Both the position numbers and the translations under genes were made by a program. The notes beneath the pieces are model-generated. The model was not told where the DNA came from. It saw nothing but the letters and a program-made list of their open reading frames with translations, and ran no database searches. Positions 18,493-27,428 of a stretch of 32,000 nt of DNA are shown here, piece by piece. The stretch's first letter is position 1, and every line of letters begins with the position of its first letter. The DNA is from Demequinaceae bacterium (lineage in GTDB: Bacteria; Actinomycetota; Actinomycetes; Actinomycetales; Demequinaceae): positions 600,001-632,000 of the forward strand of contig OZ252279.1 of the NCBI GenBank assembly GCA_965250005.1, given 5' to 3'.

Positions 18493-19650
18493 TCACGACT
18501 CCAAGGTAAGGATGGGCACATACATCTCGTCCGCCGTCAGCGAGCCGTGCATACCCACAAGCCCGAGCGACGCGGCTGACTGTTGAGTTGAGTCCACGAC
18601 GTTGGCGCGGTCGCGCATAGCGACCACAACGTCGCCGATGCGATCCTCCATCTCCGGGAGCACATCTCCGAAGATTCCCGCAGCAACGGCGTCCACGCGC
18701 GTGCCCACCACCGCGCTGTCGCCCAGAACGTCGCGCCAACGGTCGCGCACCGCCGTAGGCTCGTCGGAATAGACGTGAAGCGCGCGCGGCTCACCCGCCG
18801 AGAACGTGACTCCCTCGGACAGACCTTTGTTGGTCGCCAGATCCCAGCGCGGCGCCCCCGGGACATCAACCATGCCGTGGTCGGCTGTGATCACCAGCGT
18901 CGTTTCCATGGGCATCGATCGCGCGAGGCGGGCCAGTTCGCGGTCGGCGTCCTCAAGCGCTGACGTCCAGTCGTTCGACTGCCAGCCGAACGCGTGGCCC
19001 GCGCCGTCGATCTCGCCCCAGTACATGTACGAAATGCCCGGCGCCCGCATCGCGCCTAGCGCAACGTCGATGCGGTCAGCCAAACGTTCAGCTCCCACGA
19101 ACTGCCCCCCGCGCAGCACGGCGTGAGTAAGGCCTGAGCCCGCGAAGCGAGTTTTGCCGAGTGTGGTTACGTGCGCGCCTGTGCGCGCCGCCTCTTCGAG
19201 CAGCGAGGGTTGCGGCTGCCATTCTTCGGCCGCGAAGGCACCCTCCCAGGTGATGAGGTTGGCGAGGCCGCCGGTGCGCGGGTTGCGCACGCTGTATCCG
19301 GTCATGCCGGTCTGCCCTGTCGTCTTGCCCGTGCCGAACAGCGCCAGCGACGCCGCCGTCGTGGTCGGATATCCCGCCGTCGCCACTTGGTTCCTGAGCG
19401 AACGCAGGAACGGAGCGTGGCCCCGCCTTTCGTCGAGCTGGCGCTGGCCAAGGCCGTCAAGAATGACAACGCACACGTGTCGCGCGTCCGGGATCTCGAG
19501 TCGAGTCTGATCTTGCTTCGCGTCGCGCCCCCGTACCGAGGCCCCCGCGCCCACCGCCGACAGCGCGGCCGGCAGAACCGCTCCCAGTTCCATTCCCCCG
19601 TAGTCGGGCCGCACTAGTCCCGCGGCATCCATCCGTTGAGCAAAGGTCAC
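18493..19650 (-). CDS. Alkaline phosphatase family protein / nucleotide pyrophosphatase-phosphodiesterase
   Basis: GTG 19650 overlaps the upstream stop (GTGA). VVILDGLGQRQLDE, FLRSLRNQVATAGYPTTTAASLALFGTGKTTGQTGMTGY, YWGEIDGAGHAFG, LVITADHGMVD. Confidence 0.9.
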   Translation of the reverse strand: MTFAQRMDAAGLVRPDYGGMELGAVLPAALSAVGAGASVRGRDAKQDQTRLEIPDARHVCVVILDGLGQRQLDERRGHAPFLRSLRNQVATAGYPTTTAASLALFGTGKTTGQTGMTGYSVRNPRTGGLANLITWEGAFAAEEWQPQPSLLEEAARTGAHVTTLGKTRFAGSGLTHAVLRGGQFVGAERLADRIDVALGAMRAPGISYMYWGEIDGAGHAFGWQSNDWTSALEDADRELARLARSMPMETTLVITADHGMVDVPGAPRWDLATNKGLSEGVTFSAGEPRALHVYSDEPTAVRDRWRDVLGDSAVVGTRVDAVAAGIFGDVLPEMEDRIGDVVVAMRDRANVVDSTQQSAASLGLVGMHGSLTADEMYVPILTLES

Positions 19651-20222
19651 GCGCCAGCTCCCAGCGCGGCCTGCAGTGCCGACGCGAACTGTTCGAGAGC
19701 ACGAATGCTCCCTTCGCCGTCCGCCAGCGCACTTACACGCACCAGGGTGTCGTCTCCTGTGATGCCGCCGGTGTACCCGTGGTCGGCCTCGCAATTCTCA
19801 TCGCCGCATGCCGCAGGCTCAAGCTCGACGCGCGAATGGATGCCCCAGCCGACCGCAAGCACGAGTTCTCCGGGGGTGTCGCCATCCGCGAACTTCTCGG
19901 GATGGTGCACCACGTGTGTGAGCGCCACGCTCGTGACCCTGCCGAGTAGGGCGATCTCCGACGTGGCGGACGCGGCGTTAGCTGCCTCACCGCCCAGGCT
20001 CGCTCCGTCGTCGATGTGGAGCCGGATGAGGCGCGTCGGCGTAAGTGCGAGGACTGTCATGTGGCGTCGCACTTCGGTGTCGTCGAACGTGGTTTCAGCG
20101 TGAACAAAGTGGGCGCTCACCGGCTCAGTACCGATGGCTACCTTGAGCGCGTGCGACGCGAGAGCCGGGTAGTACCCGGCGCCCACCACGGCCTTATCGA
20201 GCGACGTAGACATGGATGCCAT
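19647..20222 (-). CDS. DUF5998 family protein
   Basis: Start ATG 20222 (MASMSTSLDKAVVGAGYYPALASHALKVAIG) behind GAAGGA; conserved Micrococcales protein adjacent to the phosphatase gene. Confidence 0.8.
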   Translation of the reverse strand: MASMSTSLDKAVVGAGYYPALASHALKVAIGTEPVSAHFVHAETTFDDTEVRRHMTVLALTPTRLIRLHIDDGASLGGEAANAASATSEIALLGRVTSVALTHVVHHPEKFADGDTPGELVLAVGWGIHSRVELEPAACGDENCEADHGYTGGITGDDTLVRVSALADGEGSIRALEQFASALQAALGAGA

Positions 20223-20399
20223 TGTTCCATCCTTCTTGGGGCGACGAGACCCGACTATGCAGGGTGAAAGGGACCTTCTCGGTCCGCGTTTGTCCGCAAT
20301 CGTCACAACTGACGCTGACGACCCGCGTGGCATCGCGGCACGGCACCGTCAGAGCGGGACAATACGCTCAGGTATCGGCACAGAATCGTGAGGTAGGAC

Positions 20400-22820
20400 A
20401 TGGCATCACCAGCGGGGGCGCCACTGGACCAGAACATCGTTGACATCGATGTGGGGTCCGAGATGGAGGCGTCGTTTCTCGAGTACGCATACTCGGTGAT
20501 CTACTCGCGCGCGCTCCCGGATGCCCGCGATGGCCTCAAGCCTGTCCAGCGCCGCATTATCTACATGATGGATCAGATGGGGCTCGGCCCATCCAAGGGC
20601 TACGTCAAGTCCGCGCGCGTCGTGGGCGAGGTGATGGGCAAGCTCCACCCCCACGGAGACCAAGCCATTTACGACGCACTGGTGCGCATGGCACAGAGCT
20701 TCTCGCTTCGACTCCCCCTGGTAGATGGGCACGGTAACTTCGGCTCACTAGACGACGGCCCGGCTGCGGCCCGCTACACGGAGGCACGACTCGCGGCCGC
20801 TGCCACGGCTCTCACCTCCGACATCGGCGAGGACACCGTCGACTTTGTCCCCAACTACGACAACAAGTTCGAACAGCCCTCCGTGCTTCCGGCCGCGATT
20901 CCCGGGCTCCTGGTCAACGGTGCGGCAGGCATTGCCGTGGGCATGGCAACCAACATGGCGCCGCACAACCTGGTCGAGGTGATCTCGGCAGCGCGGCACC
21001 TGCTCGCGCACCCCAAGGCCACCACCGCAGACCTCATGAAGTTTGTGCCGGGCCCGGACCTGCCGAGTGGCGGCAAGATCGTTGGCCTTGACGGCGTGCT
21101 GCAGGCGTACGAGACGGGAAAGGGCGCGTTCAAAACGCGCGCGACGTCGCGGATTGAAAAGGTGTCCGCCCGCAGGCAGGGCATCGTCATCACCGAGCTG
21201 CCGTACCTCATTGGCCCAGAAAAAGTCGTGGAAAAAATCAAGGAGGCCGTCACCGGGCGCAAGCTCGACGGCATCGCGGCCGTGACCGATTTGACGGACC
21301 GACAACACGGTCTGCGGCTCGTGATCGAGATCAAGAGCGGGTTCAACCCCGAGGCTGTCCTCGAGAAGCTGTACAAGTTCACACCGCTCGAAGAGTCCTT
21401 TTCGATCAACAACGTAGCGCTGGTCGCCGGGGAGCCCAAGCAGCTCGGTCTGCGCGAGTTGCTGCGCGTATGGGTGGACCACCGCCTCGAGGTGGTGCGC
21501 CGGCGCACGTCGCACCGGCTGAGCGCGCGCCAAGCCCGCCTCCATTTGGTCGACGGGCTGCTGGTGGCGATCCTCGACATTGACGACGTCATCCAGATCG
21601 TGCGTTCGTCGGATGACGCCACAGCCGCCAGGTCACGGCTCATGGAGGCGTTTGACCTCAGCGAGATTCAAGCCGATTACATTCTGGAGCTGCGTTTGCG
21701 GCGCCTGACCAAGTTTTCTCGAGTCGAACTTGAGACCGAGAGGGCCGCGCTGGTGGCCGAGATTTCGGTGCTCGAGGAGGTCCTTGCGAGCGATTCGGCG
21801 CTACACACGGTCGTTGGCCAGGAGATGGACTCCGCCGCCGCCGCGCACGGTACGCCGCGCCGCACCATCCTGCTTGCCGACGCGGGCGCGTACGGGCCTG
21901 CCTCCGAAGCGCCCATGCAGGTAGCCGACGCTCCCTGCTACGCGCTGCTGTCCGCCACCGGATTAGTTGCGCGCACTACCGACGACCACCCTGTCGCGCG
22001 CGCGGGCCGACGCAGCGCCCATGACGTTCCGCGTTCCGTCGTCGCCACATCCTCACGTGCAGATCTGGGCGTCGTGACATCCGCAGGGCGAATTCTCCGC
22101 TTGTCTATGCTCGACGTCCCCGCGCTTCCGCCTACAGACGATCCGCCCTCTCTTGGCGGCGGCGTGCCGCTTGGCGAGCTCGTCGCGCTCAATCGCGGTG
22201 AAGACGCCCTGGCGCTTGTGCCGCTCGGTGGCGACGTCCCGGTGGCTCTCGCGACCGCCGCCGGCGTGGTCAAACGACTGACCGCTGAGGAATCGCCTGC
22301 GCGCGATGTATGGGACGTCATCGCGCTCAAGGAAGGTGACCACGTGGTGGGCGCCGAACTCGCGGCAGACGACGCCGAACTCGTGTTCATCGCCTCTGAC
22401 GCAAAGCTACTCCGGTACTCCGCTTCTCTCGTGCGTCCACAGGGCCGCTCCGCGGGCGGTATGGCCGGCATGAAGGTAGCCGCAGGCCAGTCGGTGATGT
22501 TCTTTGGCTCCGTGGCCCCGAGGGCTGCTGATCCCGTCGCGGTGACTATCGCCGGGCCTTCAACGGCTCTTCCGGGCACCACCCCCGGCAGCGCCAAGGT
22601 CACCCCCCTGTCCGAGTACCCTATCAAGGGCCGCGGAACAGGAGGCGTGCGCGCACACAAGTTTCTCAAGGGCGAGGACGTGCTGCTGCTTGCGTGGGCG
22701 GGTGCCTCCCCTGCGCGCGCGACGTCCGGCGCGGGGCAGGCCGTCGAACTTCCTGCCACCTTCGGCAAACGCGATGGCGCCGGGACCCCGCTAACTACCC
22801 CTGCCCGCGGGATCGGGTAA
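20400..22820 (+). CDS. parC: Type II topoisomerase subunit A (DNA topoisomerase IV / second gyrase-like subunit A)
   Basis: 806 aa; [76 protein letters not shown]; no canonical GyrA box (QRRGGKG) seen in the C-terminal domain. Confidence 0.95.
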   Translation: MASPAGAPLDQNIVDIDVGSEMEASFLEYAYSVIYSRALPDARDGLKPVQRRIIYMMDQMGLGPSKGYVKSARVVGEVMGKLHPHGDQAIYDALVRMAQSFSLRLPLVDGHGNFGSLDDGPAAARYTEARLAAAATALTSDIGEDTVDFVPNYDNKFEQPSVLPAAIPGLLVNGAAGIAVGMATNMAPHNLVEVISAARHLLAHPKATTADLMKFVPGPDLPSGGKIVGLDGVLQAYETGKGAFKTRATSRIEKVSARRQGIVITELPYLIGPEKVVEKIKEAVTGRKLDGIAAVTDLTDRQHGLRLVIEIKSGFNPEAVLEKLYKFTPLEESFSINNVALVAGEPKQLGLRELLRVWVDHRLEVVRRRTSHRLSARQARLHLVDGLLVAILDIDDVIQIVRSSDDATAARSRLMEAFDLSEIQADYILELRLRRLTKFSRVELETERAALVAEISVLEEVLASDSALHTVVGQEMDSAAAAHGTPRRTILLADAGAYGPASEAPMQVADAPCYALLSATGLVARTTDDHPVARAGRRSAHDVPRSVVATSSRADLGVVTSAGRILRLSMLDVPALPPTDDPPSLGGGVPLGELVALNRGEDALALVPLGGDVPVALATAAGVVKRLTAEESPARDVWDVIALKEGDHVVGAELAADDAELVFIASDAKLLRYSASLVRPQGRSAGGMAGMKVAAGQSVMFFGSVAPRAADPVAVTIAGPSTALPGTTPGSAKVTPLSEYPIKGRGTGGVRAHKFLKGEDVLLLAWAGASPARATSGAGQAVELPATFGKRDGAGTPLTTPARGIG

Positions 22821-22884
22821 GCGGACCTGGCCGACGCCGTCCGACAAAAAGCCTAGGGTCGCTTGGCCCGGTGCTTGCGTCATC

Positions 22885-22902
22885 CGCGAAGAATGCTTCG
22901 CG
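22885..22902. terminator. Weak candidate hairpin downstream of the parC-like gene
   Basis: CGCGAAG-AATG-CTTCGCG, 7-bp perfect stem with 4-nt loop, 64 nt after the stop; no T tract. Confidence 0.3.
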
Positions 22903-22983
22903 CGGAATTCCCGCCGCGAGGCGAGGTGCCTTGCTGCGTCCCGAGCCAATACTGCGTGCTCACCAATCCGCGCGCGACGTTGC

Positions 22984-23007
22984 CGCGAATAGATACGCGA
23001 ATAGATA
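22984..23007 (+). repeat. Tandem 12-mer CGCGAATAGATA x2
   Basis: 22984-22995 and 22996-23007 are identical, immediately upstream of a TTGACA hexamer (23009-23014). Confidence 0.9.
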
Positions 23008-23102
23008 ATTGACATCAGCGAGGCACTACCAGCCGCTGGGCGTGCACCCGCGTCCCAAGCGTATGGTGGATCTTACGAATCGACACGACGAAAGGCAGCT
23101 CG

Positions 23103-23279
23103 ATGGCGACGAAGTCGAAGCGCACGGGGACTCGCGTGCGCGCCCTGGCGGTGGCTATCGCCACCGCCTCCCTGTCCGCCGCGTCAGCACAATCCGTCGA
23201 GACCCCCGAATTCCGGCCGGGGACGTCGTGCCCCGCTGCGCACGACGCGTACGCCACGTGGGTTGAGGAGCACGAATAG
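23103..23279 (+). CDS. Small hypothetical protein (58 aa) with hydrophobic N-terminal region
   Basis: Read directly (below the track's length cut-off): MATKSKRTGTRVRALAVAIATASLSAASAQSVETPEFRPGTSCPAAHDAYATWVEEHE*. AAAGG about 8 nt upstream, and about 84% G/C at third positions by hand count. Confidence 0.5.
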   Translation: MATKSKRTGTRVRALAVAIATASLSAASAQSVETPEFRPGTSCPAAHDAYATWVEEHE

Positions 23280-23288
23280 CGCTAGCGC
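23279..23288. repeat. Perfect palindrome GCGCTAGCGC
   Basis: Direct reading; begins at the last base of the small ORF's stop codon. Confidence 0.85.
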
Positions 23289-23302
23289 CGCCTCGCTCGC
23301 AA

Positions 23303-23344
23303 TAGCGACCTAGCGACCTAGCGACCTAGCGACCTAGCGACCTA
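23303..23344. repeat. Tandem 8-mer TAGCGACC x5 plus partial TA
   Basis: Units at 23303, 23311, 23319, 23327 and 23335, all identical, followed by TA. The stop codon of the minus-strand ORF (23342-23344) lies in the last part. Confidence 0.97.
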
Positions 23345-23704
23345 AGGATCGCGCCGCCCGGTAAGAGCGAGAATTCGTGCATCGATCAGGCTCTCCCACA
23401 TGCGCGCGCGCCTGCGGATCTCCATCGCCACATAGGCCATCACCGAAGCCGAGCCGAACGAAAGCGCGGCCCACCACCAGATGTCAAGAGTCAGGGCGAT
23501 GCCTGCAGCACCAAGCGAGAAAATCAACCCGCCGGTGGGCCCCGCGTACGAGCGAACGTACGCATTCATCATCGCAAGTCCGGGCACGCTCGTGGACACT
23601 GCGACCCGCTCAGCGCCCTTTGGCGTGAGGCGGCCTATCGAGAAAATGCTCCGACCTACATTGGGAAGGCTCGGGTCAAGTTCCCTGTAATTGAAGGCGC
23701 CCAT
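23342..23704 (-). CDS. Hypothetical membrane protein
   Basis: 120 aa from ATG with AAGGGAG upstream; contains TGGLIFSLGAAGIALTLDIWWWAALSFGSASVMAYVAM, two probable TM segments. Confidence 0.7.
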   Translation of the reverse strand: MGAFNYRELDPSLPNVGRSIFSIGRLTPKGAERVAVSTSVPGLAMMNAYVRSYAGPTGGLIFSLGAAGIALTLDIWWWAALSFGSASVMAYVAMEIRRRARMWESLIDARILALTGRRDP

Positions 23705-23716
23705 ACTGCTCCCTTG

Positions 23717-25816
23717 CTATGCGTCGATCCGGTTGCGGTCGAGCCGCTCGGCTCCGGCCACGATGAACTTTTTGCGCGGTGCGACGTCGTTGCCCATGAG
23801 CAAATTGAATACCCGCTCGGCGGCATCTGCGTGGTCTGCCGTGATGCGCCGCAGCGTCCGGTGCTCGGGATCCATGGTTGTCACAGCCAGCTGGTCTGCG
23901 TCCATTTCGCCCAGACCCTTGTATCGCTGAATGTCCTTCTTGAAGTTGCGGCCAGCGCGCTTGAGCCCGGCGATGGTCTGCGCGAGCTCCGGTTCCGAAT
24001 ACGTGTAGATGTACTCGGCCTTTTTGCGCGAACTGCCTGCAACTTCAACCCGGTGCAGCGGCGGGACGGCCGCATACACGCGGCCAGCGTCCACGAGCGG
24101 GCGCATGTACCGGAAGAACAACGTGAGCAGCAACGTACGGATGTGGGCTCCGTCGACGTCGGCGTCGGTCATAAGGATGATCTTGCCGTAGCGGGCCGAG
24201 TCCAGGTCGAAGGTGTGCCCGGAACCGGCCCCGAGTACCTGGATGATGTTCGCGCACTCGGCGTTATGGAGCATGTCGTTTAGAGACGCCTTCTGGACAT
24301 TCAAGATCTTGCCGCGGATGGGAAGCAACGCCTGGAAATCACTCCGGCGCGCGAGCTTGGCGGTTCCGAGGGCGCTGTCGCCCTCGACGATGAACAGCTC
24401 TGACGACACGACGTCACTCGAACGGCAGTCGGCAAGCTTGGACGGGAGCGAAGAGGTCTCGAGCGAATTCTTGCGCCGCGAAAGCTCCTTCTGCTTGCGC
24501 GCGCTCACGCGTGCCCGCATTTCCGCGACGATCTTCTCGAGAAGAATGTTTACTTGCGCCTTGGTGTTTCGGTTTGTGCTCGACAGGATGGCCACCAGTT
24601 CTTGCTCGACTACCTTCGCAACGATTCCGCGCACAGGCCCGGTGCCCAGGACTTCCTTGGTCTGACCCTCAAACTGCGGCTCGGGAATGCGCACGGTGAC
24701 CACGGATGTGAGGCCAGCCATGACGTCGTCCTTCTCGATCTTCTCTGTGCCTTCTTTGCCGCTCACCTTTAACTTGCGCGCATTGGTTTCGATTGCCTTG
24801 CGAATCACCTTGTTTAGGCCAAGTTCGAACCCTGCTTCGTGCGTGCCTCCGTGAGGCGTCGCAATGACGTTGACGAACGACTTGGCCACAGTGTCGTAGC
24901 CCTTGCCCCAACGCAGTGCCACGTCGACTATGCACTCCCGCTCAACTTCCTTGGTGACCATGTTGCCAGCGGTGTTAAGCACCTGCGCGCTCTCGGTGAA
25001 CGTTCCCGCACCCGTGAGCTCCCAGGTGGCCGTGAGCGCGCCGTCCGGGGCGAGGTAGTCGACAAAATCCTTAGGTCCGCCTTCGAACTGGAAGGACTCC
25101 TCGAGCGGCTCAAGCGGGTTACGCTCGTCACGCACCAACAACTCAAGCCCGGGCACCAAGAACGCCGTCTGGCGTGCGCGGCCCAGTAGGTCCTCGTACT
25201 GGAAGCGGGCGTTTTTCGAAAAAATCTCGCGGTCCGCCCAGTAGCGCACGCGCGTACCGGTGCGGGCCTTCGCGACCTTTCCGGTGATGTCTAGGCGGGA
25301 GGCATCTGTGAATGGAGCGAACAGCGATTCGGGTGTCGCGCCCTTCGACGTGTCCGACCAGTGCCCTGGCTCGCCACGTCGGAACGCCATGTGGTGTGTT
25401 TTACCGTCGCGGTCCACCCACACGTCGAGCCGCTCGCTCAGTGCGTTCACCACTGACGCGCCCACACCGTGCAGCCCACCGGAGGCGCCGTAGGACCCGC
25501 CTCCAAACTTTCCGCCCGCATGTAGTTTGGTCATCACAACCTCGACACCCGTGAGCCCCGTCTTGGGCTCTATGTCTACGGGAACGCCGCGACCCGCGTC
25601 GCGCACCTCCACCGAATCGTCCGGATACAGCACGATTTCGATGCGAGAACCGTGCCCCGCGAGGGCCTCGTCAACCGAGTTGTCGATGATCTCCCACAGG
25701 CAATGCATCAGGCCACGCGAGTCCGTAGTGCCGATGTACATGCCGGGCCGCTTGCGCACGGCTTCGAGCCCCTCAAGTACGGACAAGTGGCGTGCGAAGT
25801 ACGTCGAGTGAGTCAC
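23717..25816 (-). CDS. parE: Type II topoisomerase subunit B (DNA topoisomerase IV / second gyrase-like subunit B)
   Basis: 699 aa; YFARHLSVLEGLEAVRKRPGMYIGTTDSRGLMHCLWEIIDNSVDEALAG, FIVEGDSALGTAKLARRSDFQALLPIRGKILNVQKAS, ILMTDADVDGAHIRTLLLTLFFRYM. Confidence 0.96.
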   Translation of the reverse strand: MTHSTYFARHLSVLEGLEAVRKRPGMYIGTTDSRGLMHCLWEIIDNSVDEALAGHGSRIEIVLYPDDSVEVRDAGRGVPVDIEPKTGLTGVEVVMTKLHAGGKFGGGSYGASGGLHGVGASVVNALSERLDVWVDRDGKTHHMAFRRGEPGHWSDTSKGATPESLFAPFTDASRLDITGKVAKARTGTRVRYWADREIFSKNARFQYEDLLGRARQTAFLVPGLELLVRDERNPLEPLEESFQFEGGPKDFVDYLAPDGALTATWELTGAGTFTESAQVLNTAGNMVTKEVERECIVDVALRWGKGYDTVAKSFVNVIATPHGGTHEAGFELGLNKVIRKAIETNARKLKVSGKEGTEKIEKDDVMAGLTSVVTVRIPEPQFEGQTKEVLGTGPVRGIVAKVVEQELVAILSSTNRNTKAQVNILLEKIVAEMRARVSARKQKELSRRKNSLETSSLPSKLADCRSSDVVSSELFIVEGDSALGTAKLARRSDFQALLPIRGKILNVQKASLNDMLHNAECANIIQVLGAGSGHTFDLDSARYGKIILMTDADVDGAHIRTLLLTLFFRYMRPLVDAGRVYAAVPPLHRVEVAGSSRKKAEYIYTYSEPELAQTIAGLKRAGRNFKKDIQRYKGLGEMDADQLAVTTMDPEHRTLRRITADHADAAERVFNLLMGNDVAPRKKFIVAGAERLDRNRIDA

Positions 25817-25888
25817 GCGCTCCAGCCTAGTTTCAACCTCAGACGATGCAGTCCAGCCTCGCCGCCCTCAGCAGCGTTTGGTGCCGCT

Positions 25889-26383
25889 CTACAGCCTCTT
25901 GGTTGGCCTGACAGACCGCATCGCTACGCCGATGTTGTCGCTGCGGTACCCGAGGTCCGCATACAGTGGCTCGCCATACGGTGAGGCATGGAGTTCCACC
26001 ACTTCGATGCCGCGCGTGCCGCAATCGTCCATCAGCGCCGCCATCAGCGCACGGGCATAGCCGCGGCGTCGGTAGCGCGGATCCGTCGACACCCACTGCA
26101 CGTAGGCGCTGTCGTCACCCGAGATGCCCGGCCGCGGGAGCCGCTGCCAAATGTTGACGAGAGCGGTAGCGGCGAGTTCGTCGTCTTCGTCTCCTTCAAT
26201 AACCCATCCCAGCAGGTCGCCTCCCATACGGGCTTTGATCCGGCACACCGAATCGGCTTCCCACTGAACAGTCGGCGCGATCCCCATCGACATATACATA
26301 AGCCCGCCGAGCCGAATGATCTCGGCAGCGTCATCCGCGGTCGCGACACGGACAGGGGTCTGGCTTTCGGGGCGGGAGATCAC
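25889..26383 (-). CDS. GNAT family N-acetyltransferase
   Basis: 164 aa; ALVNIWQRLPRPG...YVQWVSTDPRYRRRGYARALMAALMDDCGTRGIEVVELHASPYGEPLYADLGYR matches the GNAT acetyl-CoA binding motif. Confidence 0.92.
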   Translation of the reverse strand: MISRPESQTPVRVATADDAAEIIRLGGLMYMSMGIAPTVQWEADSVCRIKARMGGDLLGWVIEGDEDDELAATALVNIWQRLPRPGISGDDSAYVQWVSTDPRYRRRGYARALMAALMDDCGTRGIEVVELHASPYGEPLYADLGYRSDNIGVAMRSVRPTKRL

Positions 26384-26389
26384 GCCCCG

Positions 26390-26395
26390 ATTCTA
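26390..26395 (-). promoter_or_regulatory. -10-like TAGAAT exactly 6 nt before GTG of the GNAT gene
   Basis: Minus strand TAGAAT-CGGGGC-GTG(26383); no Shine-Dalgarno. Confidence 0.6.
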
Positions 26396-26436
26396 AGTTG
26401 TGCGCGCACGCAACCGCCGGACCACATGCCCAGAAT

Positions 26437-26476
26437 TGCGTAGGCGGCGGGGGCATCAGCCCCCGCCGCCTACGCA
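26437..26476. terminator. Very strong perfect hairpin, candidate intrinsic terminator without U tract
   Basis: TGCGTAGGCGGCGGGGGC-ATCA-GCCCCCGCCGCCTACGCA: 18-bp perfect stem with 4-nt loop, 13 nt downstream of the minus-strand CDS stop at 26490. Confidence 0.85.
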
Positions 26477-26489
26477 TCAAGAACTAGAA

Positions 26490-26840
26490 CTAGGAAATGT
26501 GCCAGATGAACTGGATCGCCAGAGCTGCTGCCGAGAGGACGCCAGCCGCCATCCACACCATCGGCTGAGTCTTGCGGTCGTTGCGGTACATGTAGGCAAG
26601 CACTGCAAGCACGATCAATACCGCGAGCATCACCCAATTCTGAGTGGCGAAAGAGAAATCGTACTCGATCTTGCCGAGAACCAAGTAGAGAACATAGCCG
26701 CCAAGCGCGGCGAGCGAGCCAAGGAACATGCCAGATGTGATGTTCTTGGACTTCTCGGAGCGCTGATGGAAAAAGCCACCAAACACTGCTGCGCTGCCGA
26801 GGGTAAAGATGAGAAGCGAAATTTCGATGAGCAACTGCAT
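26490..26840 (-). CDS. Small membrane protein (~116 aa, ~4 TM)
   Basis: Start ATG 26840 after AAGGAGG; MQLLIEISLLIFTLGSAAVFGGFFHQRSEKSKNITSGMFLGSLAALGGYVLYLVLG...; paralog of the 27001..27345 product. Confidence 0.8.
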   Translation of the reverse strand: MQLLIEISLLIFTLGSAAVFGGFFHQRSEKSKNITSGMFLGSLAALGGYVLYLVLGKIEYDFSFATQNWVMLAVLIVLAVLAYMYRNDRKTQPMVWMAAGVLSAAALAIQFIWHIS

Positions 26841-27000
26841 TGCTGTCTCCTCCTTGAGACTTGCTACTCCCAGACTATCCGGGACTCGCTCAGGGTATCT
26901 GCTTCGGAACAAGATTCCGCAAACAACCGCGCAAAACTTTCCCGCGAGTCTTTGGATGCTGTCGACAAACCCCCCAAGGTACAGCGTGCCGCACTCCAGA

Positions 27001-27345
27001 TTAATGCCAGAATACCGCAATTGTGATGTTTACGAGTGTCAGGCTGAGCATTGCCGCCCACGCCGGGACGTTGCTGGACTTCTTCTCGCGATTGACGAAG
27101 CCAATGATCGCCACGGCCAGCGCGATCGTGAACTTGGTGGCGATCCACCACGACTCTGGGTTCTCGTCATTGGCGTAGACCAGGCCGACGAGGATCAGGC
27201 CGGTAAGTACCTGGAAGTAGGCGCCGTCAAGCATGACGCGTGTGACGTTCTTGGCCTTCTCCTTGGTCTGATGCAGCGCCCCGCCGACGATCATGCCGAG
27301 GCCGATGAAGTGCAAGATCAGCACGATCTTGATCGCGATTTCCAT
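27001..27345 (-). CDS. Small membrane protein (114 aa, ~4 TM)
   Basis: ATG 27345 after AAGGAGAG; MEIAIKIVLILHFIGLGMIVGGALHQTKEKAKNVTRVMLDGAYFQVLTGLILVGLV... Confidence 0.85.
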   Translation of the reverse strand: MEIAIKIVLILHFIGLGMIVGGALHQTKEKAKNVTRVMLDGAYFQVLTGLILVGLVYANDENPESWWIATKFTIALAVAIIGFVNREKKSSNVPAWAAMLSLTLVNITIAVFWH

Positions 27346-27416
27346 GTTCTCTCCTTGATGAGATGTTTAGTGATCCAAGTATGGCGCGCACGGCAACTCT
27401 GAGCATTGTCGCCGCA

Positions 27417-27422
27417 TAGTCT
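27417..27422 (+). promoter_or_regulatory. -10-like TAGTCT exactly 6 nt before ATG of the EamA gene
   Basis: TAGTCT-GGGCCC-ATG(27429); no Shine-Dalgarno. Confidence 0.55.
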
Positions 27423-27428
27423 GGGCCC

